Virus record (IMG/VR): IMGVR_UViG_2654588052_000002
Coordinates: 1-64,000 of that record
Source of the DNA: an uncultured virus (IMG/VR IMGVR_UViG_2654588052_000002)
Lineage: Duplodnaviria; Heunggongvirae; Uroviricota; Caudoviricetes
DNA length: 64,000 bases
Strand: one strand, 5' to 3'
Shown: positions 1-9,080 of the stretch, in pieces
How the letters are laid out: each line of letters starts with the position of its first letter
Position numbering within the stretch: position 1 is the stretch's first letter
The notes under the pieces: generated by a model
Told to the model about the DNA's origin: nothing
Seen by the model: only the letters and a program-made list of their open reading frames with translations
Database searches by the model: none
Program-made: the position numbers and the translations under genes

Positions 1-164
1 AAAGTTCGAACGGTAACTAGTTTTTGAGAAGAAAAATGAGCCATTACAAAAATATATTGATTGTGGTTATTTTGAAACATCAAAATGAGCATTAACTTGA
101 ATCACAATGCGAGTCACTCCAAAAGGACAGGTGTACATAATTAATCGTTTGGAGGAAATGAACT

Positions 165-701
165 GTGGAATCAAAAGAACAAAATGAGATATGGGTAGAT
201 TTAATAGGTTATGAAGGGATATATGTGATTAGCACTCTAGGTAGAGTTAAAACAGTTATAAAAAGAGGGAATAGCGTAAAAGGCAGAATCTTAACACCTG
301 TTGTTACCAAAAAAGGTTATTTAAGAATAGGATTAACTGACGAAAAAGGAATACAAAGGAGATTTTATATACACAGATTAGTTATTGAATCTTTTAATAA
401 GTGCCAAGAAGAGAAGATGCAAGTTAATCATATTGATGGAGATAAGACTAATAACAGATTAAGCAATTTGGAATTTGTGACAGATAAGGAAAATAAAAAA
501 CATGCAATTAAAAATGATTTAAACGCAAAAGGTGAACAGATTCATACAGCTGTTTTTACTGAAGAACAAATTGAATGGATAAGAAAACACTACAAACCAG
601 GCCACTCTAAATATGGAGCTAGAGCAATGGCTAGAACATTCGGAACATCACATTCAACTATAGGGAAGGTTGTAAGAAATGAGACTTGGAAGCATGTGTA
701 A
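165..701 (+). CDS. NUMOD4 + HNH endonuclease
   Basis: EIWVDLIGYEGIYVISTLGRVK (NUMOD4); VNHIDGDKTNNRLSNLE (HNH); C-terminal HTH-like segment. Confidence 0.9.
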   Translation: MESKEQNEIWVDLIGYEGIYVISTLGRVKTVIKRGNSVKGRILTPVVTKKGYLRIGLTDEKGIQRRFYIHRLVIESFNKCQEEKMQVNHIDGDKTNNRLSNLEFVTDKENKKHAIKNDLNAKGEQIHTAVFTEEQIEWIRKHYKPGHSKYGARAMARTFGTSHSTIGKVVRNETWKHV

Positions 702-756
702 CGAAATTCTAACGAAACGCGGAATTATTCCAGAAATGGATAGGGAGGCGATGTAA

Positions 757-879
757 ATGATGGAGGAAAGTACATTATCATTGGCGATTGTATCAGCGGC
801 TATATGTCTATTAACATACCTAGTACACAGAATTGATGTCTGGGATAAAAAGACAGGATGGTCACAAGATGATAAATAA
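757..879 (+). CDS. Small hydrophobic phage protein (40 aa, not in ORF track)
   Basis: GGAGG RBS, ATG 757, TAA 877-879; MMEESTLSLAIVSAAICLLTYLVHRI. Confidence 0.45.
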   Translation: MMEESTLSLAIVSAAICLLTYLVHRIDVWDKKTGWSQDDK

Positions 880-1009
880 ACAGCAACGTGATGAATATGA
901 ACGAAAGAAAATCTTGTGGATTATAAAGGATTTAAGAGCAAAGGGTGTACATAACAGCGCAGATAAGGTTGAGGAAACATACAAGAGGTATATCACTCTA
1001 GCTAAATGA
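869..1009 (+). CDS. Small phage protein (46 aa, not in ORF track)
   Basis: ATG overlaps previous ORF end; open to TGA 1007-1009; followed by hairpin AAGCCCTG..CAGGGC. Confidence 0.5.
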   Translation: MINKQQRDEYERKKILWIIKDLRAKGVHNSADKVEETYKRYITLAK

Positions 1010-1271
1010 TAAAAGCCCTGCAAGGGGATGCAGGGCAAGACTAAGGGTATTGAAGAATTGTCGATTCTAAAAGTAAAGGACTTCTTGGAATGTAATAAGT
1101 TTAACACGTAGTTCATTAAATTTTTATATAAAGATTTTACAGATTTATGAACACAATAAAATTTGATAAAAGGAGTGATTCATGTGGAAGAAAACAAGAA
1201 TCAAGCCCCTGCGGTAACAGAGGCTGTTGTAGAAGTGAAAATTCTATTAAATAATAAGCAAATTTGTGAAT

Positions 1272-1520
1272 CTAACGTTGTACTTCAACTTGACCAGAAA
1301 TAGTAGCACTATATCGTTCATGCATACGTTTTCTTAAGTTATCTTCATAAGCTTTTGTCGCTTCTTTTATAACCATTTCTAGACTGCTCTCTGGAGTTAA
1401 ATCATTATACTGGTGCGATTGTTCATGGACGTATTTTAAAATACCGTCAACAATTTCATGATGAGATAGTTTGAAAATATCATCTAAGTCAACACGAATA
1501 TTTATAGTAGTTGGTTTCAT
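1272..1520 (-). CDS. Hypothetical moron protein
   Basis: Strong AAGGAGGTG RBS and own promoter, antisense to early genes. Confidence 0.7.
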   Translation of the reverse strand: MKPTTINIRVDLDDIFKLSHHEIVDGILKYVHEQSHQYNDLTPESSLEMVIKEATKAYEDNLRKRMHERYSATISGQVEVQR

Positions 1521-1545
1521 AAAAACACCTCCTTCCGTCTGATTA

Positions 1546-1572
1546 ATTCGACAAAAAGGAGGAAAATCCTAC
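1546..1572 (-). promoter_or_regulatory. SigH-type promoter
   Basis: Minus strand GTAGGATTT-N11-GTCGAAT matches SigH consensus RNAGGAWWW-N11/12-RNNGAAT. Confidence 0.65.
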
Positions 1573-1870
1573 AAGGATAAGACGCGCGTTCGCTTGTCGT
1601 AATATTCAGGAATTTAATGGTGTTCCCCATCTAGTAAAAGGATTCCTGGATATTTTGATGCGTGAAAGCATCAAAAAAGCCCGTACAGAAGCACAGGCGA
1701 GTTGTTACACATATCGGTAACTAAATTTTAACAAACTTTCAGAAAGTTAGCTATTGAAAAATAAAAAACGCTCGATGGCAACGAGCGATGTAGAGAAAAC
1801 ATTCCCTAAAATTAGCTACTTATATTATACCATAGGTTTTCTCTCAGTAAATAAGGAGGAATTCAAAAAA

Positions 1871-2071
1871 ATGATTGAAAATCCAATTACTTACGGAAAC
1901 CATCACGATTCATCAGCAAGAGACTTCATGGATTATTGCCAAGGGTGTGGTGGAGAAATCTTCTACGGAGAAGGGTACCTTGATTTTAGTGGTGATCCAA
2001 TCCATACCGAATCCGAATGCATCAAGCAGTACGTTGAAGAACACTCGATGAAGAAAGTAGCAGGTGAATAA
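1871..2071 (+). CDS. Small Cys/His-containing phage protein
   Basis: AAGGAGG RBS before ATG 1871; CQGCG..H...C motif. Confidence 0.7.
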   Translation: MIENPITYGNHHDSSARDFMDYCQGCGGEIFYGEGYLDFSGDPIHTESECIKQYVEEHSMKKVAGE

Positions 2072-2249
2072 GGTGGTCCTACAAAACAAAATTGAAGCTG
2101 AAATTCAAATTCTAAAGAGTTTGGTTGAACGATACAAGCTAAGCAAAGAGCCTAACGCTGTATCAATGGTTGTAGCTTACGAATATGGATTACAGGCACT
2201 TATGGAAGTGTATGAAGCTAGTAAACAAACGGAAATAGCACCATTTTAA
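2064..2249 (+). CDS. Hypothetical phage protein
   Basis: Overlaps upstream ORF, co-oriented in operon. Confidence 0.65.
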   Translation: MNKVVLQNKIEAEIQILKSLVERYKLSKEPNAVSMVVAYEYGLQALMEVYEASKQTEIAPF

Positions 2250-2266
2250 AAGAAGGGGAGATTTAT

Positions 2267-2899
2267 ATGATAGTTGAAAATTACTTTTCTAAATTGGCTC
2301 AAATAGATTGTTCGGGACATGTTGAGAAGAAAGGGCGTTTTAATTATTTATCGTGGGCATGGGCGGTTAAAAAGCTTCGTGAAGTAGATCCAACAGCCAC
2401 ATGGGAAGTAAAACGATTTGATGGAGTTCCTTACCTCAAAACAGATTGTGGTTACTTTGTAGAAGTTGAAGTAACTGTACAAGGAATAGCACTAAGTCAG
2501 ATTCACCCGATACTTAACAATCAGAACAAGCCGATTGCAGAGCCTAACAGCTTTGACATTAACACAAGTATCCAACGTTGCTTAGTAAAGGCAATTGCAC
2601 TTCACGGATTAGGATTGTACATCTATGCGGGTGAAGATTTACCAGAGATCCAAGAGGAAATGATTACTGCTCAACAAGTTGGTGCAATTAAAGTAAACAT
2701 AAAAAAATTAGCTTCTCTTCGAAAAGTGGATGAAGACACGATTAAAGGACACTTAAGTATTAAAGAAGTTGGCGAATTGACATTAAACCAAGCGGGAGAA
2801 GTACTTAAGAAATTAACAAAGTGGGTTAAACAGGCTGAAAAAGAAACTTCTGAAATTGAAGAGCAAGAACAAGTAGAAAAAATAGAACAAACAAACTAA
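2267..2899 (+). CDS. Sak/Rad52-like single-strand annealing protein (DUF1071)
   Basis: VEKKGRFNYLSWAWA and QRCLVKAIALHGLGLYIYAGEDLP motifs. Confidence 0.85.
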   Translation: MIVENYFSKLAQIDCSGHVEKKGRFNYLSWAWAVKKLREVDPTATWEVKRFDGVPYLKTDCGYFVEVEVTVQGIALSQIHPILNNQNKPIAEPNSFDINTSIQRCLVKAIALHGLGLYIYAGEDLPEIQEEMITAQQVGAIKVNIKKLASLRKVDEDTIKGHLSIKEVGELTLNQAGEVLKKLTKWVKQAEKETSEIEEQEQVEKIEQTN

Positions 2900-2914
2900 G
2901 GAGATGATAAACCT

Positions 2915-3091
2915 ATGTTAGACAAAAATCAATCTAAAGTCGTCCTTCCGAAGTGGGTGTGGAAGGGCGCATGGAATGAAAAAGAAGCAAGAGTAAAGGC
3001 GATTGAGTACATCACCCCCGATCGCTATCCAGGATACAAAGTAATCAAAATTCAAGGCGACATAGCGGTATGCGAAAGGGCGAATGCGTGA
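2915..3091 (+). CDS. Small hypothetical phage protein (58 aa, not in ORF track)
   Basis: AAGGAG RBS; ATG 2915 to TGA 3089-3091, overlapping next ATG. Confidence 0.65.
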   Translation: MLDKNQSKVVLPKWVWKGAWNEKEARVKAIEYITPDRYPGYKVIKIQGDIAVCERANA

Positions 3092-3312
3092 TGTTTAAGA
3101 TACCTGTCAGACGTGGATCAATGAAAGAAATGCTAATAGCAGTGCGTGATTTAGAAAAACGGGGTTATGACTATGTAACGCCAATTAAACGAATATATAG
3201 GGCAGAAAGAACTTTTTATCATGAAGGTAAGTTCAGAGGGAGAGAAAAGGTTCGGTTTACTGGCATGGAAGACACTGTGAGCTATGAATGTTGGATGAAG
3301 AAGGTGAATTAA
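3091..3312 (+). CDS. Hypothetical phage protein
   Basis: TGATG coupling with upstream ORF; abuts replisome gene. Confidence 0.65.
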   Translation: MFKIPVRRGSMKEMLIAVRDLEKRGYDYVTPIKRIYRAERTFYHEGKFRGREKVRFTGMEDTVSYECWMKKVN

Positions 3313-4170
3313 ATGGCAGATGTTAAATGGATAAAGCTCTCTACTAGTATGTTTGAAGATGAAAAGATTCGATTAATTGAAAGTTTACCAGATGCAGATA
3401 CACTACTAATTATTTGGATTAAATTGTTGTCTCAAGCGGGCAGAACAAATGCAAATGGTTACATTTTCTTGAGTGAAAACATTCCTTTCACAGAAGAAAT
3501 GCTCTCAACACTTTTTAATAGACCGATAGCAACTGTGAGACTCGCACTACAAACGTTTAAGCAATTCGGAATGATAGACATCACTGATGATCAGTACATA
3601 TGCATCTCGAATTGGGAGAAACATCAGAACATCGATGGGTTAGAACGTGTAAAACAATTGAATGCAGAACGAAACAAAAAGTACCGTGAACGTAAGAAAC
3701 AACAGCAATTAGCACTAGAAAATAAGGGTGAAGAAAATGACGTTTCCGTGACGTCACGTGACGATACAGATATAGAAGAAGATAAAGAAAAAGATAAAAA
3801 GAAGAAAGAAAAACCTTCCCGTCACAAGTTTGAAACTTGCGACACCAATGGGGCTAAATATCTATTTGAAAAAATTAAGGGGAACAATCCTAAGCAAAAA
3901 GAACCTAACTTCAATAATTGGGCAAATGAATTTAGATTAATGCGAGAACGTGACAACAGAGAACCACAAGAGATTAAGGATGTTATTGATTGGTGCCAAG
4001 CTGATCCATTCTGGCAGGGGAACATTTTATCTCCTAAAAAGCTACGGGAAAAGTTCGATCAACTAACTATTCAAATGAAATCTAAAAAGGGAGCGAAGAA
4101 CAATGCAGAGAGCAGCGGCAGCAATACCAACCGATATAGCCAAAAAGGTGAATATGACTATGGATTCTGA
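3313..4170 (+). CDS. Phage replisome organiser / replication initiator
   Basis: N-terminal WIKLSTSMFEDEKIRLIE..IWIKLL; C-terminal FWQGNILSPKKLREKFDQL. Confidence 0.88.
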   Translation: MADVKWIKLSTSMFEDEKIRLIESLPDADTLLIIWIKLLSQAGRTNANGYIFLSENIPFTEEMLSTLFNRPIATVRLALQTFKQFGMIDITDDQYICISNWEKHQNIDGLERVKQLNAERNKKYRERKKQQQLALENKGEENDVSVTSRDDTDIEEDKEKDKKKKEKPSRHKFETCDTNGAKYLFEKIKGNNPKQKEPNFNNWANEFRLMRERDNREPQEIKDVIDWCQADPFWQGNILSPKKLREKFDQLTIQMKSKKGAKNNAESSGSNTNRYSQKGEYDYGF

Positions 4171-4912
4171 TGTGTGTGATACACATGGCATGAATAAGAT
4201 GAAGTTCGGTGGACAAGTTGTTTGCCCTCGATGTTTCCTTGAAAACGATAGTAAGAAGCTTCAGCAACAGGAACAAGCGAAATACGATGCAGATAAAGCA
4301 AATGAGAAGAAGTTCATGTTCCATCAACAAAGTATGATTGCCGATAGCAATATTAAGAAAGCTAACTTTGATAACTACCAACCTACTAGTGAGGAAGGAG
4401 CGAAGAACCTAGAACTCGCAAAGGCCATCGCAACGGATTATCTCAATGGGAATATTTTTAACACGATTATGGCCGGGAATTGCGGAGCAGGGAAAACACA
4501 TCTTGCTTACGCTATAGCGGATCAGCTTGCAGGAGCAGGGAAGTCAGTTGTCTTCGTTACAGTTGGCGAATTGCTAAGGAAGATTAAAAGTACGTTCAGT
4601 AAAGATTCAACATTAACTGAAGATGCAATCATTCGAAGTCTAGTAAAAGCAGAAGTTTTAATTGTCGATGATTTAGGAGCAGAGTTAGGCGCATTAGATG
4701 CCAATACGAAAGCAACAAACTTCATTAATAGGGTACTATTCGATGTTTTCGATGGTAGGCAAGGTAAATCTACTATCTTCACGACAAACCTCACAGGAAA
4801 GCGTTTAGATGAGGCATATGACGAGCGAATCGTATCACGAATTCTTAATAATTTTAGAACAATAAAATTCGAAGAAACAAAGGATTACAGAAGAAAGGCA
4901 TTGCCATTTTAA
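4103..4912 (+). CDS. DnaC/IstB-like helicase loader ATPase
   Basis: Walker A GNCGAGKTHLA, Walker B LIVDDLGAE, TIFTTN, RIVSRI. Confidence 0.9.
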   Translation: MQRAAAAIPTDIAKKVNMTMDSDVCDTHGMNKMKFGGQVVCPRCFLENDSKKLQQQEQAKYDADKANEKKFMFHQQSMIADSNIKKANFDNYQPTSEEGAKNLELAKAIATDYLNGNIFNTIMAGNCGAGKTHLAYAIADQLAGAGKSVVFVTVGELLRKIKSTFSKDSTLTEDAIIRSLVKAEVLIVDDLGAELGALDANTKATNFINRVLFDVFDGRQGKSTIFTTNLTGKRLDEAYDERIVSRILNNFRTIKFEETKDYRRKALPF

Positions 4913-4926
4913 AGGGGGAATAACCG

Positions 4927-5190
4927 ATGTGTGTATGTGAAGGAACGGGAGTAATTAGCAACGATATGGGGAATGGCTGCTATCAATTTGCACCGTGTAT
5001 TTGCGAAGCAGGGAATCGCAGTCCTGAAGAAGTGGATAGAAGACGTCATGCCGTTATGGCGGAGTTAAGAGAAATTCATCAATTACAGCTGGAGGGAAAA
5101 TGGGATGCCACGACTTGGAACGGATTTGGAAAAGGAGAATTACACAATGGCGTTGCAGCAGGGGAAGTACATGAAGAAATCGCGTCGTAA
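4927..5190 (+). CDS. Hypothetical Cys-containing phage protein
   Basis: AAGGGGG RBS; CxCxGTG..PCxC; 3' end overlaps next ORF. Confidence 0.55.
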   Translation: MCVCEGTGVISNDMGNGCYQFAPCICEAGNRSPEEVDRRRHAVMAELREIHQLQLEGKWDATTWNGFGKGELHNGVAAGEVHEEIAS

Positions 5191-5392
5191 TTTATATATC
5201 GCTTTGGAAGAGTTGGACTTAGTGTTTGATGAAAGCGAAGTGATTCGATTAAGAGAAATGTGGGATGAGGATAAAGATATTCTTGAAATAGCAAAAGAGC
5301 TAGGAAGACATCAACTAGAAATCGCCGCATTAATTATGGATCAGGCAGATAAGAACAAAATCAAATCGCGTCCAATGGGGTTAGGGGCATGA
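5105..5392 (+). CDS. Small HTH-like phage protein
   Basis: GGAGG RBS; ILEIAKELGRHQLEIA HTH-like segment. Confidence 0.65.
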   Translation: MPRLGTDLEKENYTMALQQGKYMKKSRRNLYIALEELDLVFDESEVIRLREMWDEDKDILEIAKELGRHQLEIAALIMDQADKNKIKSRPMGLGA

Positions 5393-5652
5393 AACAACTA
5401 ACACTGGAGGATGTAGTCGGAAGTTTTGATTATACCGCAACAAGTACCGTGGATAAATTCTTGAAGCGTAATAGCGTTATGACGTACTCAGTAGAGTTTT
5501 ACGACAAAGACGAGAAGTGGAAGCTTCGTTGGTTTGAGGCGAAGTCCGAGAGCGAAGCTATAGGAATGGCTAAAAAGAAATACGGAAAGATACAGATTAT
5601 CACCACGTATATTTCCGATAGAACCTTAGAAGAGATAATGAATTTAGAGTAG
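5389..5652 (+). CDS. Hypothetical phage protein
   Basis: ATGA overlap with upstream gene. Confidence 0.65.
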   Translation: MKQLTLEDVVGSFDYTATSTVDKFLKRNSVMTYSVEFYDKDEKWKLRWFEAKSESEAIGMAKKKYGKIQIITTYISDRTLEEIMNLE

Positions 5653-5796
5653 GAGACATAGCGTTATGACGTATTTAAAGGGCAGAAACTCGTTTGATTG
5701 AACGAGGCACCAGTAGGCGTCATAGCGTCAGTAGAAACGTTGGGATTATTGGAATCAGAAAGAAATATGGGCTTCAGATTTACTGGCTAGGGGCAC

Positions 5797-7030
5797 TAAA
5801 TAAAAAAATGGTCCTTACTATTACGTAAGAACCCCATAATCGAAGAAAAAAAGTCGTATGTGAAACCAAGTGGGAATCACAAATATATTTTAACATCTAA
5901 ATATATAGTTGTCTATACGTCGAATTAAACAACATAGTTATTTAAACGAAGGAGCCCTAGATTTAGGGATCTAGGGCTTCTTGTGTTGGTATAACTCACA
6001 CAATGTTATGAAAAGAAAAGAACTTACTGAAGATAACATATGAATGTTTCGTAAATGTATCAAAAAATTGAACAAAATAGTTATTTTATGATGAATAAAT
6101 AAAAGAACCCGTTTGTTATAAACGGATTCTTCCCACAAGATTTGCAAGAAATTCAAGGTAACTAGACCGGAGCACTTATTGAAATTCTTGTGATAATACT
6201 GTATGCAAAGGAATCAATAAGGTTAATGAATTTTAAACAAAATCCTTATTGGAAAGAAAAAGAGATAGGATTCACAACCCCATCTCTTCTAACAGAGATA
6301 AGTGCAGTTTTGCTTCTTCGCAATTTGGATTAATGCAGTAATGAATAAACGAATGGTCATCGTGTTGTATGAGAGGTTGATCACAAGATAGACATGTATA
6401 TAGTGAGAGCATTTTATATACATCCTTACAAATTATGGATTGATTTTAACATAGTTTTAGCTGGTTGAGGAGTAAGAAAAAATCGTGATTTAAATAAAAG
6501 AAACCCCGATTGTCTGCGGGGTTCCTAAGGGTAATCATCAAGTAATGACGTACTCGACTAAATAACCATATCATGAATTTTTTGGTAAAAATACTGGTAA
6601 ATGTGTCCAAATGAGGAAGGGCATCGTTTTGAACAAAAACGCTATTTTGCACAACAAAGCAGCTAGCTAAAGTAGCTAACTGCCTGCTGTAAATACTATT
6701 CCAGATGGATACGCAAATTGTAACTGCAAGTTACATTTATAGTATAAACAGACTTAAAAATGTTATGCAGGGAAGTAAACTAAATAAAAATTTCATTTTA
6801 TAAAAATAAAAACCCTAGTTCCCTAGGGTAATGGTATAACAGCCAAATATATTTTATCCTTTTATATCGTAACGTAATATTACGTTGAAAACATCAGGTA
6901 AATGAAACCAATTACAGAAAATAAGAGCAGCTAGCAAAAGCTAACTGCTCGGTTCTCCAAGGGGGAACAAGGAGAAAGTAACTTAATGGGTTGTCTACAG
7001 TATTGACGGAATATTGAGTTTTATTCACGA
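5797..7030 (-). ncRNA. Tandem array of ~8 candidate mini transcription units (promoter, short RNA, terminator)
   Basis: Hairpins with minus-strand U-runs in most units (~5808, 5952, 6106, 6260, 6502, 6659, 6812, 6927); SigK- and SigG-like promoters upstream of several; no credible ORFs. Confidence 0.55.
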
Positions 7031-7213
7031 GAGATTATATTCTGAAATTTGAATTATGATAGTCGATATTCTCCATATTGACCAGAAAAGAACTAAAAGT
7101 TCTAGTGAAATTCCAAGGGTTCTTTTCTTAGTTTTTTGAGATTCTTTTATCAAATAGCCAACAGCACTAATTGCTATAAGAATGAAAAGAATAAGTTCGA
7201 GTGTAACTGGCAT
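7025..7213 (-). CDS. Small two-TM membrane protein (moron)
   Basis: AGGAG RBS, two hydrophobic segments, upstream TATAAT. Confidence 0.6.
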   Translation of the reverse strand: MPVTLELILFILIAISAVGYLIKESQKTKKRTLGISLELLVLFWSIWRISTIIIQISEYNLS

Positions 7214-7325
7214 TCTATCTACTCCTAAAAAAATAAGTTTGCATATAACGATTATAAGATATTTTAATGATTGGTTGTAAAAAATTCAACAAAATAATCC
7301 TTTTAATAGAAAGTGAGGAATAACA

Positions 7326-7955
7326 ATGGGGCAAGGTAACCGTGGAATGGCATTTGAAATGCTTATCAATCTAGCGAATGAAATGTATCAAAGAGGGGGA
7401 GTGGCGCTTATTAACAAGCGTCCGACTCCTGTGAAGGTGTTAAAGAGCAAAGGTAGCCGTGTACTAAATGGATTCTATGAAGCAAAGAGCACAGTAGACT
7501 ATGATGGTGTATATAAGGGGCGAGCTGTAGCATTTGAAGCGAAGTCTACAGAGAAAGATACACGTTTTGATTTAAAGAACATTGCACAGCATCAATTGGA
7601 TTACCTGGAGAAAGCGGAGAAGATGGGAGCGATATGCTTCTTCCTTATAGAATTCAGTAAGGATAAGTCAGTATTCGCAGTGCCACTATCAGTCATTCAA
7701 TCTTATGTAAGGATGTCTCATCAACCGAAGGGCAAGAAGTCTATACCAAGAGCAGACTTTGATATTTATGGGTATTTAGTAGAACAGACAGAACGAGCGC
7801 CGATTGATTACTTGCAATATGTTGACGAAGTAGTAGCACCAGCTATATTTGATGGAATGATTCAATTTGATCTGGACCATAAGAAAGTAGCAAATAACAT
7901 TGAAGCAACAAAAGAGAAAATGGCCAACAAGAAACATAGATTATTAAAGGCCTAG
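7326..7955 (+). CDS. recU: Holliday junction resolvase RecU-like
   Basis: NRGMAFE, KRPTPV, STVDYDGVYKG..FEAKST, HQLDYL motifs. Confidence 0.9.
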   Translation: MGQGNRGMAFEMLINLANEMYQRGGVALINKRPTPVKVLKSKGSRVLNGFYEAKSTVDYDGVYKGRAVAFEAKSTEKDTRFDLKNIAQHQLDYLEKAEKMGAICFFLIEFSKDKSVFAVPLSVIQSYVRMSHQPKGKKSIPRADFDIYGYLVEQTERAPIDYLQYVDEVVAPAIFDGMIQFDLDHKKVANNIEATKEKMANKKHRLLKA

Positions 7956-8093
7956 TGGATAAAGGAACCATGCAGAGTGTATAGTGGAAGCTACTCGTTA
8001 TGCATGTTTCTCTTATTCAACAAAGAGATAGTAAAATTTCACGTACCTTACGTGATGTTAAAAAGACAAATTCAGAAATAGGGGGATTCCTTC

Positions 8094-8480
8094 ATGGAGA
8101 GACAATTAACTTTATTACCAGCAATCGATAGAGAGACAGAAAAACAGGTTCAGAAAGAAGTAGTGAAAATACTAAAGGAATACCGTGCATTGAAAACGCG
8201 TTTTGAGAATGAAGTGGAGTTACAACACGAAGGAATCAGTTTATTCCCTGAGATTAGAAACACGAGACATATTAGTAACATCAAGTTCAAACAAATTGAC
8301 AAAGCCTTACAGTACGTTTTAGATTATGACGAGGCTGAGATAATCAAGAGGAAGTACCTAAATGCAGATAAGCCGAAAGACAGCTTTATTTACACTGAAT
8401 TATCGATGAAGAAAGATCACTTCTATTATAAGAAGAAAAATGCAATTCGATTGATCGCTACATCTTTAGGGATGATTTAA
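8094..8480 (+). CDS. ArpU-family late transcriptional activator
   Basis: EAEIIKRKYL..D..IYTELSM...FYYKKKNAIRLIA; position at end of early region. Confidence 0.85.
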   Translation: MERQLTLLPAIDRETEKQVQKEVVKILKEYRALKTRFENEVELQHEGISLFPEIRNTRHISNIKFKQIDKALQYVLDYDEAEIIKRKYLNADKPKDSFIYTELSMKKDHFYYKKKNAIRLIATSLGMI

Positions 8481-8538
8481 TAATAAAAAAAGCCAAATTA
8501 ACAGTTTTTAATTAACTATCCATTTGGCTTTTTATGTT

Positions 8539-8877
8539 TTATTTTTTAGGCATCCATGTATGTCCGCAATTCATGCAACCATTAACAATATTTTTTCTAC
8601 CAACAAATCCACTGAATAAAATTATCGGTGGTCCTAGAAGTACAATAAGAAGACCAACAATTGCAGAAAGTCCAACAACTCCATCCATAGAATTTTCAGG
8701 AACTATAACATATAAAAAATTAGAAACTATTCCAATAGTTATAAGTGTACCTAACAGAAGAAACAGAATAAAAAACGCCCTTTTGAAATTATAACCACGC
8801 TTATTACCGACTATTTGATCTGATTTGCATTTCCTACAAACCACGCGCTTTGTTACTTTTTCTTGTTGTACCGTCAT
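8539..8877 (-). CDS. Membrane protein with split zinc ribbon (moron)
   Basis: CRKC ... CMNCGHTW flanking two TM segments. Confidence 0.75.
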   Translation of the reverse strand: MTVQQEKVTKRVVCRKCKSDQIVGNKRGYNFKRAFFILFLLLGTLITIGIVSNFLYVIVPENSMDGVVGLSAIVGLLIVLLGPPIILFSGFVGRKNIVNGCMNCGHTWMPKK

Positions 8878-9004
8878 GTCTAACCATCCTTGCTTTTATA
8901 AAATTATAATAGTTTAATTATATGATATTATTACCTGAACTGGATACATATATTATCAAAAAAAGAAAAAATATAATAAATTGGAATGTTTATGTTTTTA
9001 AAAA

Positions 9005-9075
9005 CTTCGACAAAATACCGACAAAAATGGGGACTAAATAGGGGGAATTTTGATAATGAAATCAACGGTATTCTT
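9005..9075 (+). promoter_or_regulatory. Putative ArpU-activated late promoter
   Basis: Direct repeats CGACAAAA 11 bp apart plus GGACTAAA; -10 TATTCT at 9069-9074 without a good -35. Confidence 0.5.
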
Positions 9076-9080
9076 AATGT

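Noticed and set aside
5971..6652. Minus-strand ORFs 5971-6156 and 6446-6652
   Set aside because: No RBS; they run through terminator hairpins
9005..9022. Spo0A control of the late promoter (TTCGACA)
   Set aside because: Equally explained as ArpU direct repeats; lacks the architecture seen in the cassette promoters
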